From Peptococcia bacterium (GTDB lineage Bacteria > Bacillota > Peptococcia > Peptococcales > SKKY01), in contig OZ245787.1 of NCBI GenBank assembly GCA_965228015.1, positions 1,736,698 to 1,800,697 of the forward strand: 64,000 nucleotides of DNA. The letters run 5' to 3'. Positions 62,280 through 64,000 of this stretch are shown piece by piece. The position numbers were made by a program, and so were the translations under genes. The notes below the pieces were generated by a model, which worked only from the letters and a program-made list of their open reading frames with translations, ran no database searches and was not told the origin of the DNA. Every line of letters begins with the position of its first letter. The stretch's first letter is position 1.

Positions 62280-63295
62280 TGGATAATTTTATAAAAGACA
62301 TAAAAGAAAATAAATTCAGAAACATATATTATTTCTATGGTAATGAGAGATACCTTATTGATTTCTATTTAAAAAAAGCAGAGAAAGCTGCCCTCCCTGA
62401 AAAAACTGAGGGAATTAATTTTGATTTAGTAAATTATCAGGATTCAAGTATTGGGCAGATAATCAGCAATGCCAATACCAACCCTTTCTTAGGTGATAAA
62501 AAAATAATTCTGGTTAAGAATGCAGATTTATTGGGCAAAGAAAAACAATTATCTCCAAAGGAATTTAAAATTGCTGAAGAATATATAAAGAATCCCAATC
62601 CTTCTTGTATTTTATTTTTTCTTGGTGAAGAGGAAATAAAAAATATTTCTAAAAATAAACTTGCTTTAATTCTAAAATCCTCATCTTCGGAAAGACTGAT
62701 TGAGAGTAAAAAACTTAAAGGGCAGGAATTAAAGAAATGGATTGAAAGTTATCTGGTGGCTAATGAAGTTAAAATATCCCCCGGTGCAATGGAAATACTT
62801 CTTATGATTGGGGAGAAAGGCCTTTATAATCTTCATAATAAATTAGAAAAGTTAATTTTATTTACTAATGGGAAAATAATTACCGAGGAAGAAGTCAGAG
62901 ACCTTATTACTTTGACTCCCGAGGGTAAAATTTTTGAATTAACAGATGCTGTAATCAGCAAACAAGGAAAGAAAGCCTTAACATTAGTGGATGAATATTT
63001 TGCTGCAAGAGAGCAGCCAATAGTATTACGTAGTATGTTAATTAGCAGTTTTAGAAGGATGATTATAATAAAAAATGCTCTCCAGGAAGGATACATGAAG
63101 CCTGTCTACAAAGATTATCTTGATACAGGTTCGGATTTTCTTATTGACAAAACAGTTCGCCAGGTTAAGAACATATCTCTGGAGGAGCTGCTAGCTATAT
63201 ATGATGAATTATATAATCTTGAATTTACTTCAAGAAACAGCAAGCAGGATCAAGCCCTTCTTGTTAAGGATTTTATTATTAAGACAGTTTTTTAA
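62279..63295 (+). CDS. holA: DNA polymerase III delta subunit
   Basis: 338 aa. The N-terminus ...FRNIYYFYGNERYLID... fits, and the gene occupies the conserved Firmicutes position after comEC. Confidence 0.8.
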   Translation: MDNFIKDIKENKFRNIYYFYGNERYLIDFYLKKAEKAALPEKTEGINFDLVNYQDSSIGQIISNANTNPFLGDKKIILVKNADLLGKEKQLSPKEFKIAEEYIKNPNPSCILFFLGEEEIKNISKNKLALILKSSSSERLIESKKLKGQELKKWIESYLVANEVKISPGAMEILLMIGEKGLYNLHNKLEKLILFTNGKIITEEEVRDLITLTPEGKIFELTDAVISKQGKKALTLVDEYFAAREQPIVLRSMLISSFRRMIIIKNALQEGYMKPVYKDYLDTGSDFLIDKTVRQVKNISLEELLAIYDELYNLEFTSRNSKQDQALLVKDFIIKTVF

Positions 63296-63310
63296 TCGTT
63301 TTTGAAAATA

Positions 63311-63335
63311 AAAAAAGCACCTTAGGGTGCTTTTT
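63311..63335. terminator. bidirectional terminator between holA and rpsT
   Basis: A6-GCACC-TTAG-GGTGC-T5. Confidence 0.65.
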
Positions 63336-63336
63336 G

Positions 63337-63603
63337 TTATGCTTTAAAAGAGTTAAGCATTTTTGCAAATCTTGATTTTTTATTAGCAGCATTTTTCTTG
63401 TGAATAAGACCTTTAGCTGCAGCTTTATCTATCTTTTTAATTAAAGTTGGTAAGAAGTTTTTAGCATCTTCAAACTTTTCAGAAGCTAAAAAACCTTCAA
63501 AAGTTTTAATTGTAGATTTTAAACCTGATTTTTGTATTTTGTTTAAAAGATTGCTTTTTTTAGCTTTTTTTGCTCTTTTGATAGCTGATTTAATGTTTGC
63601 CAT
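63337..63603 (-). CDS. rpsT: 30S ribosomal protein S20
   Basis: ATG at 63603 lies 7 nt after AGGAGGTG. MANIKSAIKRAKKAKKSNLLNK... is the S20 N-terminus. The track start at 63615 lies in the SD region. Confidence 0.93.
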   Translation of the reverse strand: MANIKSAIKRAKKAKKSNLLNKIQKSGLKSTIKTFEGFLASEKFEDAKNFLPTLIKKIDKAAAKGLIHKKNAANKKSRFAKMLNSFKA

Positions 63604-63770
63604 TTTTGCAGACACCTCCTTTTACAGACACGAATAGAGTTATCGTCTTTTTCAATACACTTTAGTTTAACAGAGCTTAATAAACAATTCAAGATTTCAT
63701 TAAAAGAATTAATGCGAAATTCTCATTAATATTGTAGAATATAGGTTAATTATACGTATTGGAGACAGAT

Positions 63771-64000
63771 ATGCAAGAGTCTAAAAAAGAGTCAAATAAT
63801 CAAATATTAAAGGCCACAGGAATAATCATGGCAGCTATGATGCTGTCAAGATTACTTGGCTATGCCCGGGACGTAATAATATACAGTAAATTTGGGCAGA
63901 ATTATTATACAGACGCTTACAATGCAGCATTCTCAGTTCCAGATTTAATTTATTATCTTCTGGTAGGGGGAGCCCTAAGTTCTGCTTTTATTCCTGTTAT
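63771..64000 (+). CDS. murJ: lipid II flippase MurJ (MviN), N-terminal part; continues beyond the window
   Basis: ATG 63771 lies after GGAGA. ...ATGIIMAAMMLSRLLGYARDVIIYSKFGQNYYTDAYNAAFSVPDLIYYLLVGGALSSAFIPV matches the MurJ N-terminal consensus. Confidence 0.8.
   Translation, partial: MQESKKESNNQILKATGIIMAAMMLSRLLGYARDVIIYSKFGQNYYTDAYNAAFSVPDLIYYLLVGGALSSAFIPV

Noticed and set aside
63706-63730. 7-bp inverted repeat ATTAATG-N9-CATTAAT between rpsT and murJ as an operator
   Set aside because: It is short and purely AT-rich, and is expected by chance in this composition. No second copy or supporting context was found.

Overview
This is an AT-rich chromosome segment of Firmicutes/Clostridia type, judged from gene order and protein sequences; any finer taxonomic guess would be inference only. 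Almost all genes are on the + strand.

Content in order:
- The 3' part of the ribosomal-protein superoperon (rpsE-rpmD-rplO-secY-adk-KOW protein-infA-rpmJ-rpsM-rpsK-rpsD-rpoA-rplQ), then ecfA1-ecfA2-ecfT-truA and rplM-rpsI.
- An ISL3 element, an AmmeMemoRadiSam locus, cheW split by an IS3-family element, and an HD-GYP gene.
- An arginine/carbamoyl-phosphate cluster (argC-J-B-D-carA-carB ... argF-G-H) interrupted by an oppositely oriented Nudix/crotonase pair.
- MFS and SatP-type transporters, mrp and typA.
- An ANTAR regulator-glnB-amtB nitrogen module, a ClC channel and a cell-wall glucosaminidase.
- Two roughly 98% identical ISLre2-like elements bracketing a TIGR03960 radical SAM gene (itself hit by a second IS3 element), TIGR03936, rng and a phosphoesterase.
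- rplU-prp-rpmA-obg, DUF975, comEA, ilvD, GGDEF-EAL, comEC, a PBP5-like protein, holA, rpsT and the start of murJ.

The dominant signal is selective gene decay. By manual frame tracing, about 22 chromosomal genes carry roughly 30 frameshifts and roughly 17 in-frame stop codons, often several per gene. Nearly all the frameshifts are single-base losses, mostly in A/T runs. Every translation, secretion and replication gene in the window is intact. Five IS copies make up about 11-12% of the window. I saw no rRNA, tRNA or CRISPR.

I did not find a convincing novel multi-gene system. The most checkable oddities are:
- lesions shared by both ISLre2-like copies, which could be recoding or a defective lineage;
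- an IS junction without a target-site duplication, indicating rearrangement;
- a candidate ANTAR-type antiterminator upstream of glnB;
- a 29-bp perfect hairpin over the comEC ribosome-binding site;
- a PBP5 homolog lacking its catalytic motifs.
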